From: Amphiscolops sp. MND2022 | Taxonomy: Eukaryota | DNA: 64,000 nt | Direction: 5' to 3' | Assembly (NCBI GenBank): GCA_964187785.1 | Contig: OZ076409.1 | Span: 2,232,001 to 2,296,000, forward strand | In this document: positions 13,181-26,002 of the stretch, piece after piece | Position numbering within the stretch: position 1 is the stretch's first letter | How the letters are laid out: each line of letters begins with the position of its first letter | Notes under the pieces: model-generated | Told to the model about the DNA's origin: nothing | The model's input: the letters and a program-made list of their open reading frames with translations, nothing else | Database searches by the model: none | Position numbers and translations under genes: made by a program

Positions 13181-14162
13181 CAGGGGTGCCCAAAAATTAA
13201 TTGCAATTAATTGCTGCCACTTCAACGATGAAAATCAATTAATTTTAATTGCTCTTCTGAAAAATTAATTAACTGCAATTAATTGCAATTAATTGTATCT
13301 CTACTCTACTAAATAACAACACAAATAGTAATCACAATAATGAATTCAAGCAACAATTGATGCAACAATTTGTTCGTTCCAAAATCTTTGATTTATCTTC
13401 AGGAAAAGTTGCATCTCCAAATTCATTGGTAGCAGACTTTGACGCAAATCACCGAATGAATATGTAGCCGAACTGAAGAATCTTTCCACCAAATTAGATG
13501 TGGGCAATATGAATTTGACGTTCATATATTGCGATCCAGCTTTTTCAATTTTTCGTTATCGAAATTGGCTGTAGTCGTGAAAATTCCCGCGTCAGGGGGT
13601 CTTCAACGAATTCAAATGGCTTCATGCCCACACAAATCCATCTAATCCATGCGTAAATATTGTCTCCTTTCTTGCATGATGATGGGGCTAACGCAAAACA
13701 TGAGCTAATGCTCGGCTGAGATCCACTGGACGCGTATTCAGGATGTTGAGATTTGATATGATTGAAAAGATAGGTAAAACCAGTGTTCTTTTTCTGCGAT
13801 AAAACCTTCCCATACGAACATTTCCACAGGTTATCAGCTTCTTGTACGAAATAACGCATAACAATATCTTTTGACGCTGGCATATTTACTAATCGCAGGC
13901 ACAATGCAATCTGAAAAGCTCACACTATTTGTTTACTATGTCAACAGAAACTCATTGCCTCATTTCAAGTCAAATTGCGTCATCGGCTGCAACCGATTCA
14001 TTTGCAAGTTGCAAATGCATGAAATACATGTATTACACCAATTAATTGCAATTAATTGGAACGAAAAAATTAATTAATTTTAATTGCAAATTCTAGCAAT
14101 CAATTAATTTCTAGCAATTAATTGCAATTAATTTTCAATCAATTAATTTTTGGGCAGCCCTG
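13181..14162 (-). mobile_element. Internally deleted hAT transposon
   Basis: TIR CAGGG(G/C)TGCCCAAAAATTAATTG; 8-bp TSD ATTGGCTG (13173-13180, 14163-14170); degenerate BED finger (WKCSYG...FNHIKSQH) near a C-terminal dimerisation remnant (ILPTSNLVERFFS...NLEMQLFLK). Confidence 0.92.
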
Positions 14163-14415
14163 ATTGGCTGTAACAATGATTCACCGCAAGCGAGAAAATA
14201 ACGCAATGTTGAATTTCAATTTTCAACCAATCAGAAGCGTTTAATTGTTTTATGTTTTTTGATTTATTTTTATGTTATTTGCATTTATGTCATTTGCATT
14301 TATGTCATTTGGGACGTAATCTCACAATCCACTCCCACGACTTAAATTTCGAAACTTCGGAAATCATTCGAGACCATCTAAATCAAACAAACACGAGAAG
14401 GCAGAAGATAGGTAC

Positions 14416-14690
14416 CTGGATTGTTGTTGGCACTGAAATTAGCAAAAGAAGTGGGTCTGGAAGATGCCCTGGATCCAATGCCTGCTGCTGCTCCTCCTCC
14501 TCCCGCCCCCTTCAGAGCCCCTTTTCCCGCCACCCTCTCAGAGTTGGAGCCCGCGTCCTCCTTCTCTGACTCATTGCCCCCTGTGTTGACGGAAGCAACC
14601 CCGCCCCCGCCCGGGGAAGAAGTAGAGGCGACTGCAGACATTGCTGTGGTGACAGCTGCTAAGGGGATACTGTTTGTCTTCTGGTGGTGT
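14416..14690 (-). CDS. fry: furry exon (HHQKTNSIPL...FSANNNP)
   Basis: Acceptor tgttgcag, donor G|GTACCT; phases 2/1 fit; Gly/Ala/Ser-rich. Confidence 0.8.
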
Positions 14691-14831
14691 CTGCAACATA
14701 GAAAAAAATGAAACAAATTTTATCATGCTCTATTCAACGACTGTTCACAGAAGCAAATGATAATAGAGAGAAGTCTGGAAAGAACAGACGTGGCTGGTTT
14801 CTTTAACAACCAGCGCACGCAGAAATATTAT

Positions 14832-15375
14832 CCCTTATTGACCAGGGCGTTTTGCAAGTTTTCAAAAATTCTGATAAAAAGTTTTAAATCATTAATATTT
14901 CCACAATTACGCGTACCAGAAAAACGAGCTATAGCGCGTTTGAAAGGTCTGGTATTGGGCTTTCAGTTTGGTCAGGTGAGCCCCTGTCGCCGCGCCCCCG
15001 TGAGCCCCTGTCCCCCTCCATAATTTTAGTTTCTTTTGCTTGTAGTAACAAAAGCATCTTATTGGGTTTTGTTGCACAAGGACTTGTTGTGGAAGGGTAT
15101 GGGGTGCGTTTTTATATTGGTTGAAGACTTTGGAGAAAACTGGATTTCGCAAAAAAAACTGAATTTTAAAAAAGTATAACCATTTTTTGTGCAAAAAACC
15201 TTTTCCTCAGATTTGGAGACATATTCACTTTTTCTAATGCTTGTGCCATTCAAATCAAACTAGGTACCAATGAACTGTTGAAAAAAACTGCTAGAAAATA
15301 TGGGCTGCTGGCAAAAGGAATCAGATATTGAAAAAATGGTTTGGCTGCTTTAAAGTACCACTAGGTTAATTAGAG
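14832..15375. mobile_element. piggyBac-like MITE, paralogue of 1147-1586
   Basis: Colinear similarity to 1147-1586; degenerate TTAA flanks (ttat/ttac). Confidence 0.55.
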
Positions 15376-15488
15376 TTACGCTTCGAAATTTTCTCTTATT
15401 TCCCCAATTCTGCGGGGTGGAAGCCGTATGAGCAGTTCCACCCTTTTAAGTCGGCTACAACAGGTAGGTTTCATTCGATCTTTATAAT

Positions 15489-18400
15489 CAGGGGCGGTAA
15501 TATTACACGGACATGACAACTGAAAAAGCACGGAAAATTTCACGAACAAATACACTCTTGAAGGTTACCACAAATTAGTAACCTGTAATAGGTCTGACGG
15601 AAATAGAGGGGGAGTGGGACTCTTTATTGATAAAAGGTTTGCCTACCAAGTACAACTGAAAGATACTGTTCATGAATGGTTGATAGTGAAAATTATGTAT
15701 CCCTTCGAAGCAATCATTTGCGTCACCTACCGCAGAGACAAAAAGTTTTCAAAGTCTCAATATTGTGAATGGTTAGAACTTGAATTAACAAGATTGCGAG
15801 CGATCAAGGGCAACGTTTTCGTCTGCGGAGATTTCAATATCGACCTTCTAGTCCCAATTATTCACTCGACAGAATTACAGGACATTATGAGAATCAATAA
15901 TCTTGAACTCAGAAGTCCTTTAGAAGTGACAAGAGCTCAAGAGAATTCAAAAGCTTGCTTGGACCACATCTATTCGGATAATCCTGTCAATGAGAATCAT
16001 GTTTATCATAGTACAATCACTGATCATTTCATGGTTTGGGTCAAGTTCGAAAAACGACTCTTTTCCCCCGGGAAGAATAATTGTCTCTCGTAACTTGAAG
16101 AAGCTCGCGAAATATCCAATCTTGGGAAAATTTAAGAGTCACATAGAATCGAATCTGCACTCAGTGAACTGGGAATGTATTGAAATAAACGATGAAGTGG
16201 AATTATTGCAAACAACCATTTTAGCTGCACTGGATCATTTTGCTCCGGAGAGGCCGGTTATTAAAAAACACAAGTCATGGGTCGACAACAGTATCAAACA
16301 ATTAATCTGGCAACGTGATAAGTTGTATAAGAAAGTATGCCGCCCACCTGATGATGAAGTTTTGAAACAGCGATTTAGAGACTTGAGAAATCGAACTAAG
16401 TTGATAATTAGAAAAAAGAAAACATGATTTCATCAAGGAAAAGTTCAAGATCATTGGATCGGATAGCAAAGCAATCCATAGTCACTTGAATGGAGTACTT
16501 GGTAAAAGAAATGAATCAACAATGCCGTTGCTGTCGAGGGAAAAAAGATTAGATGATTTTAACAATTATTTTGCAGCAGTTGGCTTAAACAATCAAAAGA
16601 CGATTGACGTGAATAAAATGAGTTTCCCACTCTCCCCGAGTGTTCAATCGATGTTTCTTCTACCAGTTAATTGTTTGGAACTTTGTAATATTATACAAAA
16701 ACTCAAGAATAAGAATTCGTTTGGCCCCGATGGAATCAGTAACAAGGTACTCAAACTCTGCTTCAACTCAATTATTGAACCTCTGCAAATACTAATCAAC
16801 CGATGCATGTGCGAAAGAAGTTTCGCGAAAAACCTAAATATAGCTAAAGTGGTTCCAATCGACAAAGACGGAGACAAAAGTAAATTTGACAACTTTAGAC
16901 GACCTATCTCTGTTGTCTGGATTGGCGAAAATTTTTGAACGAGTGATTTATAATCGCATGGTTTCGTTTTTGCATACCTTTTGTTTGCTTGATGAAAATC
17001 AATTCGGATTTAGACGAAAAAGGCAAACAATCGATGCCCTTGCATGTGTAATAGAATCAATCATATCATCAATAAGTTTAAAGGAAAATGTGTGTTGTAT
17101 CTTCTTGGATCTGAAAAAAGCATTTGATACAAAAGACCACCGGCTTTTTTTGGAGAAGTTGTACAACTTAGGTTTCAGGGGCCCTGTTAACAAACTGATA
17201 CTTTCTTATTCGAATGACCGATTTCAATTCATGCAGATTGGAATTGAATTTTCGGAAACAGTGGCAGTCACTTGTGGGGTACCACAGGGTTAGGTATTGG
17301 GACCTCTTCTTTTCTTGCTTTTTGTGAATGACCTTCCGTATCGCATTAGCGCCAAAGTGACGATGTTTGCCGATGACACAAATGTTTTAGTCAGTCAGAT
17401 CAATTATCTTTGAACAACTCACTTCACACGATTGATGAATGGATGAAGTACAATAAACTAAAATGCAATCTTGATAAGTCAAAGGCGGTAATCTTCGGTA
17501 ACAAAGAACACGTACTTGAAAGCTTGAAGTCCGAAAGGATTGTATTGAAAGAAGCCTCAATTGTGAAATATCTGGGTGTTCTAGTTGATGAAGAACTAAC
17601 ATTTAAGGATCACGTTGAATTGGTCAAGAAAAAAGTGAACAAATGTTTCTATGCTGTGTTGAAGGCACGTCAAGTGCTGACGCAATCTCAGACGTTGGTC
17701 TACTATAAAACCCATGTCAAACCAGAAATTCAGTATGGAGTGCTCATATATGGAGGAACCATGTATTCGAATTTGCAGTCCATTTTGAAGATGCAAAAAA
17801 AGATAGTTAGATGTATCTTTCACCTAAGCTTCTCAACTAGTGTCAAGGAAGTGATGAACAGTAATAAAATTCATACTGTTTATGAACTTTATTTGTATGA
17901 AATTACAAAAATCATGCTGAAATGCCTGAAAAATGAACATTGCATTGAGTTTCTTATTTCGATGATAACCCAAAAACTACGTCTTGTTATGAACTACGGG
18001 TGGCAGAAAGAGCACATGTTTCAATAACCCGTAACAAGCATTGTAAGAATTTTTTATCACACAGAGTGCCGAAGTTTTTCAATAAACTGAATTCTTGGGG
18101 AGTCCTTCCGAATAAAACTTCACACGAATCAATGACTAATGGTATGATTGATACTTACTGTCATAATTTCATGGATTCTTACATTTTAGGAAACCAAGAC
18201 CTAGTTGATTTTCTCTTTGACTTGAACAAATGAGTGCCACTGCGGGCTGGAAAGGGGAAAATACTTTCAATTGATCACATTTTGAATTTATTGAGTCCGG
18301 AATAGCTTTTTATTTTAAAAAAACGGAGTCGTTTTATAACTTGAAACCATCGTAATGTATTTGTATGGTTGGTGGTGGTGAATCCACCCATCAAAAATTC

Positions 18401-19097
18401 CCGAGAGTTTAAAACGGTTAAAACGGTTGCATCCATTTTGTAAAGAAATGGTGTTCAACCGTCTCTACTTTTCGCATGCATTTCTCCCTGCCTCTGCTCA
18501 GTTGGACGGTCCATGTCCGATGTAGCCCTTTCTGAGGGTTACTTAGGTACATTCCGCGGTAAGTAGAGGGGAGAAGTGTATGTGGAGAGGTAAAGGAATT
18601 ACAATTGAAGCCAATTGTAGAAAATTCCGGGAAAGATAAAAACTCCCGTTTTTGGCCGATTTCTCAACCAATTCAATTCTTCAAAGAGAGCCTTGCACAC
18701 TACGTCAAAGTTAAACGTTTAAACTGAAGGCTGTACAGAAATGTCCTCACAAGATTCAAGAAATGTCTCCTGTTGAGGCCTTTTAAGGAAATTTTTTCCC
18801 TCAGAACTCCATCTTAGCGACATCCTATAACTTTACATCAGTCTTACAACATTTATTGAAATACGAGAATGTTCGCTCTTCTGACGCAGAAGACGCCGGG
18901 AAGAAATAAATTAGGTAATAAGTAATTAAATTAGTATGTATTAACGATAAAAGGGGTATACGATGGCGGTAATTGTGTTATTTTACACGCTATTTTACTT
19001 ATTGAGCTGTTTTTCATGCTAAATCACGTCGTGATCTGATTAGTCGAATTACATGGAAATTCACGCGATTTCACTCTGTGCTTTATTTCCGCCCCTG
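15489..19097. mobile_element. Non-autonomous hAT-type element carrying a LINE
   Basis: TIR CAGGGGCGG(T/A)AATA; 8-bp TSD TTTATAAT (15481-15488, 19098-19105). Confidence 0.8.
15590..18233 (+). mobile_element. Decayed CR1/L2-group LINE ORF2 (EN + RT); 3' UTR probably extends to ~18750
   Basis: GGVGLFI, CGDFNIDLL, CLDHIYS, TDHF (EN); GPDGI, AKVVPI, QFGFR, FLDLKKAFDT, GVPQG*VLGPLLF, MFADDT, KYLGV (RT); frameshifts. Confidence 0.92.
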
Positions 19098-19254
19098 TTT
19101 ATAATTGAACGATGTGTACCCTCTGCAGAGATAGTTCATCAATGATGTTCGCAGTCAGTAGTACTAAACTGGCACCTCTTGCAACGTGTCCTTCCCATAG
19201 CTCTTTTACTTACTTAATTTTACTTACTAATGTTTTCCATGGTTGTAGTTTTAC

Positions 19255-19480
19255 CTTTCAGTTGTCTGGTAGAAGTCCGGAGGCAGGGTCGCGTGTTTCT
19301 CCCTGTTGGCTCTGGGGACTGGAGGGGAACTGAGATCTACAATATTGGACACAGCCTGACTCGCAGTCGATTTCGTCACCGTAGCAGTAGAAGGCATGTT
19401 TAATGAAGCAATTTGATTGGCTGACGACGGCTCTGACGACTTGCTTCGACCACCCGAAGCGCTGCTTGAAGTGCTCGAAC
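19255..19480 (-). CDS. fry: furry exon (Ser-rich: SSTSSSASGGRSK...LPPDFYQTTE)
   Basis: Acceptor tttttag, donor AG|GTAAAA; open frame, phases 1/2 fit. Confidence 0.8.
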
Positions 19481-20591
19481 CTAAAAAGTTAAATTAAACT
19501 TTTTGAGAAAATCGACCAGTTCTTTATATCATTTTTTGGTAGACGCTTCTTGCTTCCGACTTTTGGTCTAGCGGTTAACGCGGATTTCTAGTCCTGGTGA
19601 CAGGGCCTGAGAAGCAGAAGTACGTGGTTTCGGGTCACGCACTAAACCGAAGTTAGTATGCTTGTAAAGGTTGAGGAAAAACCAAAAGGTCCACCTTTGG
19701 GTTTTTCAGGCACTGAGCGACATTTTTCCAAATTTCTTACAGAAGCCCCCCCCCCTCAATTTATATTGGAAGCAAAGCGTTTTGCGAGAATAAGGGGGCC
19801 CGTAAGGTTTTTCGGCATTATGCGACTTACCTAAGATTTTTGAAAAAATTCATTTAAAAATTTATTCAGATTTTTTATCGTAATTACTGATTTTTTTTCA
19901 GATTTTCAGTCAAAGAAAACCGCTTTCCGAGCCTTCATGGTGACCTCTTCGATGATTTTTTGGCCCTGTGCGACTGATGAAAGTTTTCTCAATAATTGTG
20001 GAAAAGACAACAATTTATTCGAAACTATTTTCATTCGATAAAAAGGTACCCATTCACTTAAAAGTTTTCGTAATGGCGTTTTACGAACTTTGCTCGACTT
20101 ATGGGTATCTCTTAGGGTATTTTTTGGCACTGTAAGTTTCATAAACAATTTCACAATAGGGTCCCTTTGCATAGCTATAACACTTTACTCTGTTTGAACC
20201 CTTTGAAATACGCAGAGGCGGTATTTCGAGAAAATTGTCAAAAACCCCACTGCTGAAAATTAAAGGCGCGTCCCTTCGATCGCATGCATTTTTAGTCGGC
20301 GCTTTTCTCAAGAGAAAAGTGCCCGACTATTATAGTGGCTAGTATTTTTCGTCCGACCACAGAGCTCACACTGTATTAAGAGTAACTAGTAGCCAAAATT
20401 AGCATAGGTCGAAATTGCGAAAGGTTGAAAATGCAAAGGTTGAAATTGTCAACGGTTGAAATGGGGCAACAGTTGAAATTGCATAGATAGTTTCTAGGAC
20501 AGTATCTAGGAAACGTTCTTTGTTTCAATTTCTTGAACACTGGAACGATTTTTAAAAACTTCTTTTTGACCCCCTCCCCCCCCTTACTGAC

Positions 20592-20702
20592 CTGGGATGA
20601 CCCTGAAGAAAGGAGCGGAGGCCCACTTCTTGACCACACTGGGCAAGGCCTCTATGCTGGACAGCTCACCCAGCAGAAATGACGTCACGTGCTCCTTGCT
20701 TC
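20592..20702 (-). CDS. fry: furry exon (SKEHVTSFLLGELSSIEALPSVVKKWASAPFFRVIP)
   Basis: Acceptor gatgcag, donor G|GTCAGT; not in the ORF track, read by hand. Confidence 0.85.
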
Positions 20703-20805
20703 CTGCATCCAGACAACACAACACAACTCACACACTCACTCTTCTCACTTAACATTACAAATATTCAAATATTGAAACAATGTCTAAAACAATATTGAAA
20801 CAAAG

Positions 20806-21130
20806 GGATCTCTTTCACTATACCCCCCCCCCTACAGCAAAAGGGGGGACAGAGTGAAACGCTATTAAATGCATGTAGTGCACATTCTAATAGCGCAGAT
20901 CTGCTCTTATCTAACAACGCTTCTGATTGGCTGAGGGGGGATTTTGATAAAAAGAACCAATAAAAAGTGTCGTTAGTTATGACGACATCAATTGATTGAC
21001 AGAATAGCATGAGAGATTAACCAATAGGAGATAAATATAAATGAGCCACAAACATTTATTTTCTCTAGGGGGGACATAGTGTAATACACGAGTGATATAG
21101 GGGGGGGGGGGGGCATAGTGAAAGAGATCC
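20806..21130. mobile_element. Merlin-like MITE
   Basis: TIR GGATCTCTTTCACTAT; 8-bp TSD AAACAAAG; second copy 62915-63228. Confidence 0.8.
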
Positions 21131-21552
21131 AAACAAAGTAAATCTCCCAATTCCAGAGAAATTTATTTTCAACGTTTTTCGAATTTTGCAAAAGGAGTTC
21201 AAACTTAGGAAGTTTCACTAAAAGCAACTAGATTCCGGACTTTAGGCTTTGCTACTCGAATAAATACAAAGATTACGCATTCCAGTGAAGAAGAATTTTA
21301 GCAGTAAGTCATAATCGCATTTGAAAAGTAATCACTCCTTTGAATGTCACTAAGCTTTCAGCGAACTATCAACTAACAACCAACTCAACTCTTGCTCGCT
21401 TGCTGTCAATAATATCGAATTGACAAGCTGCAATTGGCACTGACAATAGACCAGCTTTTCGCGCGACTGAAAAAAATAACCTCATTGTGTTTTCAATAGT
21501 ATTTCAGCTCACTCGGTAGAGGTGTACCTGACATCAAGTCCGGTCTGGTAAC

Positions 21553-24500
21553 CAATGTATTATGCGCTTTAAGCTTTAAGCATTTTTTACATAAGCGCAA
21601 TAAGCGGGAAAAAACTAAATTTTCTGTCGCTTATTGTTACATGTATTAAAAATGCATTAAAATGCGTATTACGTGTTTTAATTGCGAGGGAATTCACACG
21701 TATGCAGTTTTAAATGCTGTTTACATGTATTAAAATAGGCCCCTCCGGGGCTCAGTACTATTTCTGCTTTAATCTTTATTTTTTTAAAACAAAAAATCAT
21801 CAATAAAAGAATCATATCTGGAATACCAATACACTCCTGTTTAATCATTACTTAGAGCACAATTAATCACTGTACAAGTTTACACCGCCTTTAATTCTTC
21901 TCGGACTAAAGAAAATATAACTAAGCGTAGACGAAGTTTCGCATTCGCATTTGAATGCAGGCGAAGCTCTCAACGAACGAATAATTAACACTCATTCGCT
22001 TCATCTCAATGACGTCAGCATACGAATGGATAATTACCACTCGCTCGTTCTATCGCACTAGAATTGAATTGTTGTCGGCAGCTTTCCCACGCTTACACTC
22101 ACTGCCGAACAAAATATCTGAATTATTCAGTAGGACGAAATTTGACGACTGAAAAAAAAGGACCAACTTTGAGGTTACAATAACATTCCTGCTAAAGCAG
22201 AAATATTAAAAATGCGAGGGAAATTTCATTCCAACATACATGTATTCTCTCAACTGCATCATAAAATGTGAACAAGCGACCTAACTTATTACAGTCACGA
22301 GCATATTCTATTTCGTCCACTCTCATGAAGCTGCGCAATACAAAATAACACTTTGACACATTAATACAGATTTGAACCCGCCGATTTCGAATTTCACCTT
22401 CATTCTTCATTGCAATAAAAATTAATCACAATTTTTGAAATAAAAATTCTTTTTGCAGCCTTATTTTATAGATTTTAAGGTATCCGCTCTTTGAATTCTT
22501 CGGATTATTCATGAAAATTACTAAGATTGAATTCAATAATTACTTTTAGCATAGATTATTATAATTATAAATTATTGCGATTATTTTTTCAGATTCGCAA
22601 TGGTTCTCGATTATGCGAAATATTGTATTAATTAATTAATTGTATTAACTGGCTCGAACCTTGAAACAACAGCGCCACCGTTCACAAAGCAAGGAAAAAT
22701 AACGGAATCAGTGATTGATAAGTTGATTGGGCGGGGTGGTTTACCTGTTACTCTGACTACCAAGAAATGGTTTATTGATTTTATGGCAGATGTGGAGCTT
22801 CGTTATTCATGCCCCACGTATTCGAACATTATTCAAAACGTGCAGAAAAAAAGTGATGCTATTCGTGCTAATTTGGTGGAAAACATAACATTACAGTGCA
22901 CAGGAAGCTTTTTGCTGCTTTTCGTGGAATCCGGGACACGAAAATTGAGAAAAGTCGTGGAATCCAGGACAAAATTTCTCTTTGATGTTAAGCGTGTCTT
23001 GGATTCCACGACAGTGCGTGTCCTGGATTCCACGCCAATACTGCTGCAATAATGACACTTTTGCCGCTGCTCTCTGATTGGTCCGCTGATTTTGAGTAAT
23101 CATTTTAAATTAATTCTAAAATTTATATTAAGTTTATATCAAAGGAAATTGTTTCGATTGACACGAAAAATCCAAGAAGTACGAATAGAGATACTCGTGA
23201 CTGGTACCAAAAATGAAGCATGTCATCAAATAATGGCAGATTGTGATGTTTCTCCAAGAATTGCTACACGGGCGTACTGCGGCTGATTTGAACCTGGTAA
23301 TTCGGAATAAGATGGATCTACTGGGAGTTCGGAAAGTTCCCTACTCTTTTTCGACGGACAACTGCAGTGTTATAAAAAAGCATTTCAGAATATTGTGAAA
23401 AATGATTTTCTCCCTTTTTTTTCATGAAAATTCGGAGGAAGAAGATGTGGATTTTTGTGAGGACTGTTTTTTTGTTGAACATCAATTTGATATACCACCC
23501 CGGAATTTGTTGAATGGCTTGGTTGTGCAGCGCATATTCTACAGCTTTGCGTGGGCGATGGACTGAAACAAGTGGGCGACTACATGAGGTTGAATTCTGC
23601 TGTTGTTAAGTGCTCCAAAATTGCTCAGCATGATCACAGGGCCAGAAAATTTCATGCAAGACTTAATCGACGGAGAAAAATAAAGAACGATGTTCGCTGG
23701 AACTCAACAGTGACCATGATAAATTCAGTTTTGAATAATTTTGACACTATTAAAACGGCGTTGATGGAAGAACAGCTTTTGGAATTTGTGATTTCAAATG
23801 AAGAAAAAACTTTTGACAAATTTGGCAGACCTTATGTTTTTCTTTGATGCAACAAACGTACTCCAAAAAGACGGTGTAGTAACTATCAAAAAGGTAATAC
23901 CATTGCTTATACTTTTAGAACGCGGTCTAGTGTCAATGCCTCGAACGCAGCCTTCATTAAATGCTGTAAAGGAGGCCTTATTGAACAGTATTCGCAAACG
24001 ATTCAATTCTATGAAAACATCTGAAATTCATATCATAGCTACTATGCTTGATCCCTGTGCCAAACTGACATTCTGTGGAAATTTGAGTACACATTTTTAT
24101 TTTGATATCACGCGATGTCGGGACATTTTCATACGTAAACTTCGCGACTGTGATCTGACAAATACCAATATAGTGGATGATGCACCTATAAGCATTCCAT
24201 CTGGGTCCAGAAAAGGGCTTTTTGATTTTGCTGATACAATCCCCCAGCCTGTTTCTACATTAGAGAGTCGAGCCACTGCATATTTGTCGTCAGAGACGGT
24301 ACCTGCCTGCAATGTGGTCGAGTTTTGGAAAAATTATCCAGCACCTTTTCAAAAGATGTGCAGCCAAATTTTGGGATCTTCGCCCGACACAAGCACCGTT
24401 GAGCGACTGTTTTGAAGTGCTGGTGGCTTACTTACTAAGATGCGAAATCAGCTCAAATCAGACACTTTGGAAAATTTGCTTCTGTTGAATGTTTTAAAAT

Positions 24501-24624
24501 GAATTAAAAATTAAATTTTTTCGTCATTATTTTTTGTCATAAGCGACACCGCTTAAGCGATAAGCGGCATTTCAATAAACGCAATAAGCGACAAGAGCGT
24601 CCTTCATAAGCGCATAATACACTG
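21553..24624 (+). mobile_element. Decayed hAT transposon with transposase pseudogene (~22700-24500)
   Basis: TIR CA(A/G)TGTATTATGCGCTT; 8-bp TSD CTGGTAAC (21545-21552, 24625-24632); motifs TDN, WLGCAAHILQL, DVRWNST, ATMLDP, STVERLF*SAG. Confidence 0.92.
21733..22207. mobile_element. HINE family B copy nested in the hAT
   Basis: aaataggcccctccggggc stem-loop + subTIR tatttctgcttta; other end hairpin attcctgctaaagcagaaatatt. Confidence 0.7.
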
Positions 24625-24966
24625 CTGGTAACCGGCCGGACTTCGGAAAAATGTCTGGTCGAAAAAAATATCTGAGCAAATGATCGCATATCTCAGATTA
24701 AAACCTGGAATTCGACAATCATGCAGTTATTGCCACTTTTGAACATTCATTTCTCAACGACAGTCAAAAGTTTCGGCATTTTGAAGTTGAAGAAAAATGT
24801 AAAATAATATTTTCTCACTTTTTGGAGCAAACTATTAATTTGCTTTTGGTCATATTCATTGCCCAATTCTGAAAACAGTCTTTCATCGCTTACAGTCCAG
24901 GATAATGTCCGGTCTGAATCCGGCCTAATTTTGTACTGAGGTGCACCTTCAACTCAGAAATATCAA

Positions 24967-25236
24967 ACAAGACGCCCGCTCAGCACCGGGATATTTTCCG
25001 CTAAAATGTAACGCATCAGCACGGGTTCGAACCCAAGACCTCGTGTCTGTCAGGCAGACGCACTACATACTGCGCCGCCATGATGACTAGAATCTATTAA
25101 CTAAATGAAGTAACAAGTAACTAAAATAGTCAAGTGGATGGAGACAGAGGAGATTTGGCAGAATTTGGAAAAAGACGCAACACAGATTATGATTTTCCTC
25201 CCCCATTCACAAATAAATTTGTGGGGCGGAAAATAA
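24967..25236. mobile_element. HINE family D copy containing a tRNA-derived segment (~25020-25082, minus)
   Basis: acaagacgcccgc...atattttccgc start; end hairpin ttttcctcccca...tggggcggaaaa; B-box GGTTCGAACCC. Confidence 0.6.
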
Positions 25237-25299
25237 AAAGTGGGAGTTATCTTAAATTGCATGAATTATATTGCATGAAATTTTATTGCAATTGTATTA

Positions 25300-25595
25300 C
25301 ACCGTTTCTAATTTAGATTTGATGTGTTTACCTTATGCAACTGCTGCTTGATTCTGCCTTTCATTCTATTCAAGTAAATTGTAATTTTATTCAATCAAAG
25401 TGACAATTAAGAATGAGTCTGTTTTAATTGGCTGCCGAGTTTTGTTAGCATTCTTGTTTATTCAACTAAAATTAGCTTTCGTTCATCTGAATTGGAATTG
25501 TGATAGCATTGATTTATTTTGATTGTGATTGGTGGAATTAAGAAGCACGGCGTTCAACTAAGTTGAAATTTTGTTCATCTAAATTAGAAACGGTG
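25300..25595. mobile_element. MITE with TA flanks
   Basis: TIR CACCGTTTCTAATTTAGAT, TA on both sides. Confidence 0.75.
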
Positions 25596-25612
25596 TAAAT
25601 GACTTTGTTATA

Positions 25613-25780
25613 CAGTCAAACTCGGATAAAAGAAACTCATTGGGCGGTGAGAAAAGGGTTTCTTTTATCCATAGTTTCTTTTATCAGTTGTCTATTAACG
25701 TAGAAAGTTTGACTTGCATAAAATCGGAGGAGTGAAAACGTTTCTTATATCCGACTGTTTCTTTTATCCGAGTTCGACTG
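25613..25780. mobile_element. Tc1/pogo-type MITE
   Basis: TIR CAGTC(A/G)AACTCGGATAAAAGAAAC, TA TSD. Confidence 0.85.
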
Positions 25781-25835
25781 TATGACGAGTGAGTGAGTGA
25801 GTGATAGATAGTAGGTGTGAGTGGTGGTGGCGTGC

Positions 25836-26002
25836 CTTTGGCGACATAAGCGACGACGCTCTTGGCAGCGGCCAGCAGTTTGGGACAGCGGAAGGAGATG
25901 GCGCTCATCTGGAGCATGAAGCGGAGGATGATGGCACAGTTGTCATGGAAACTGTTGCACAGACATTGCCACACTTTCTTCAGCGAGTCCCCGTGGTCAC
26001 AA
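25836..26002 (-). CDS. fry: furry exon (CDHGDSLKKVWQCLC...SVVAYVAK-G), GC donor
   Basis: Acceptor ggtgtag; phase-1 end at AAG|GCACGC joins GA-AGC of next exon. Confidence 0.85.
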
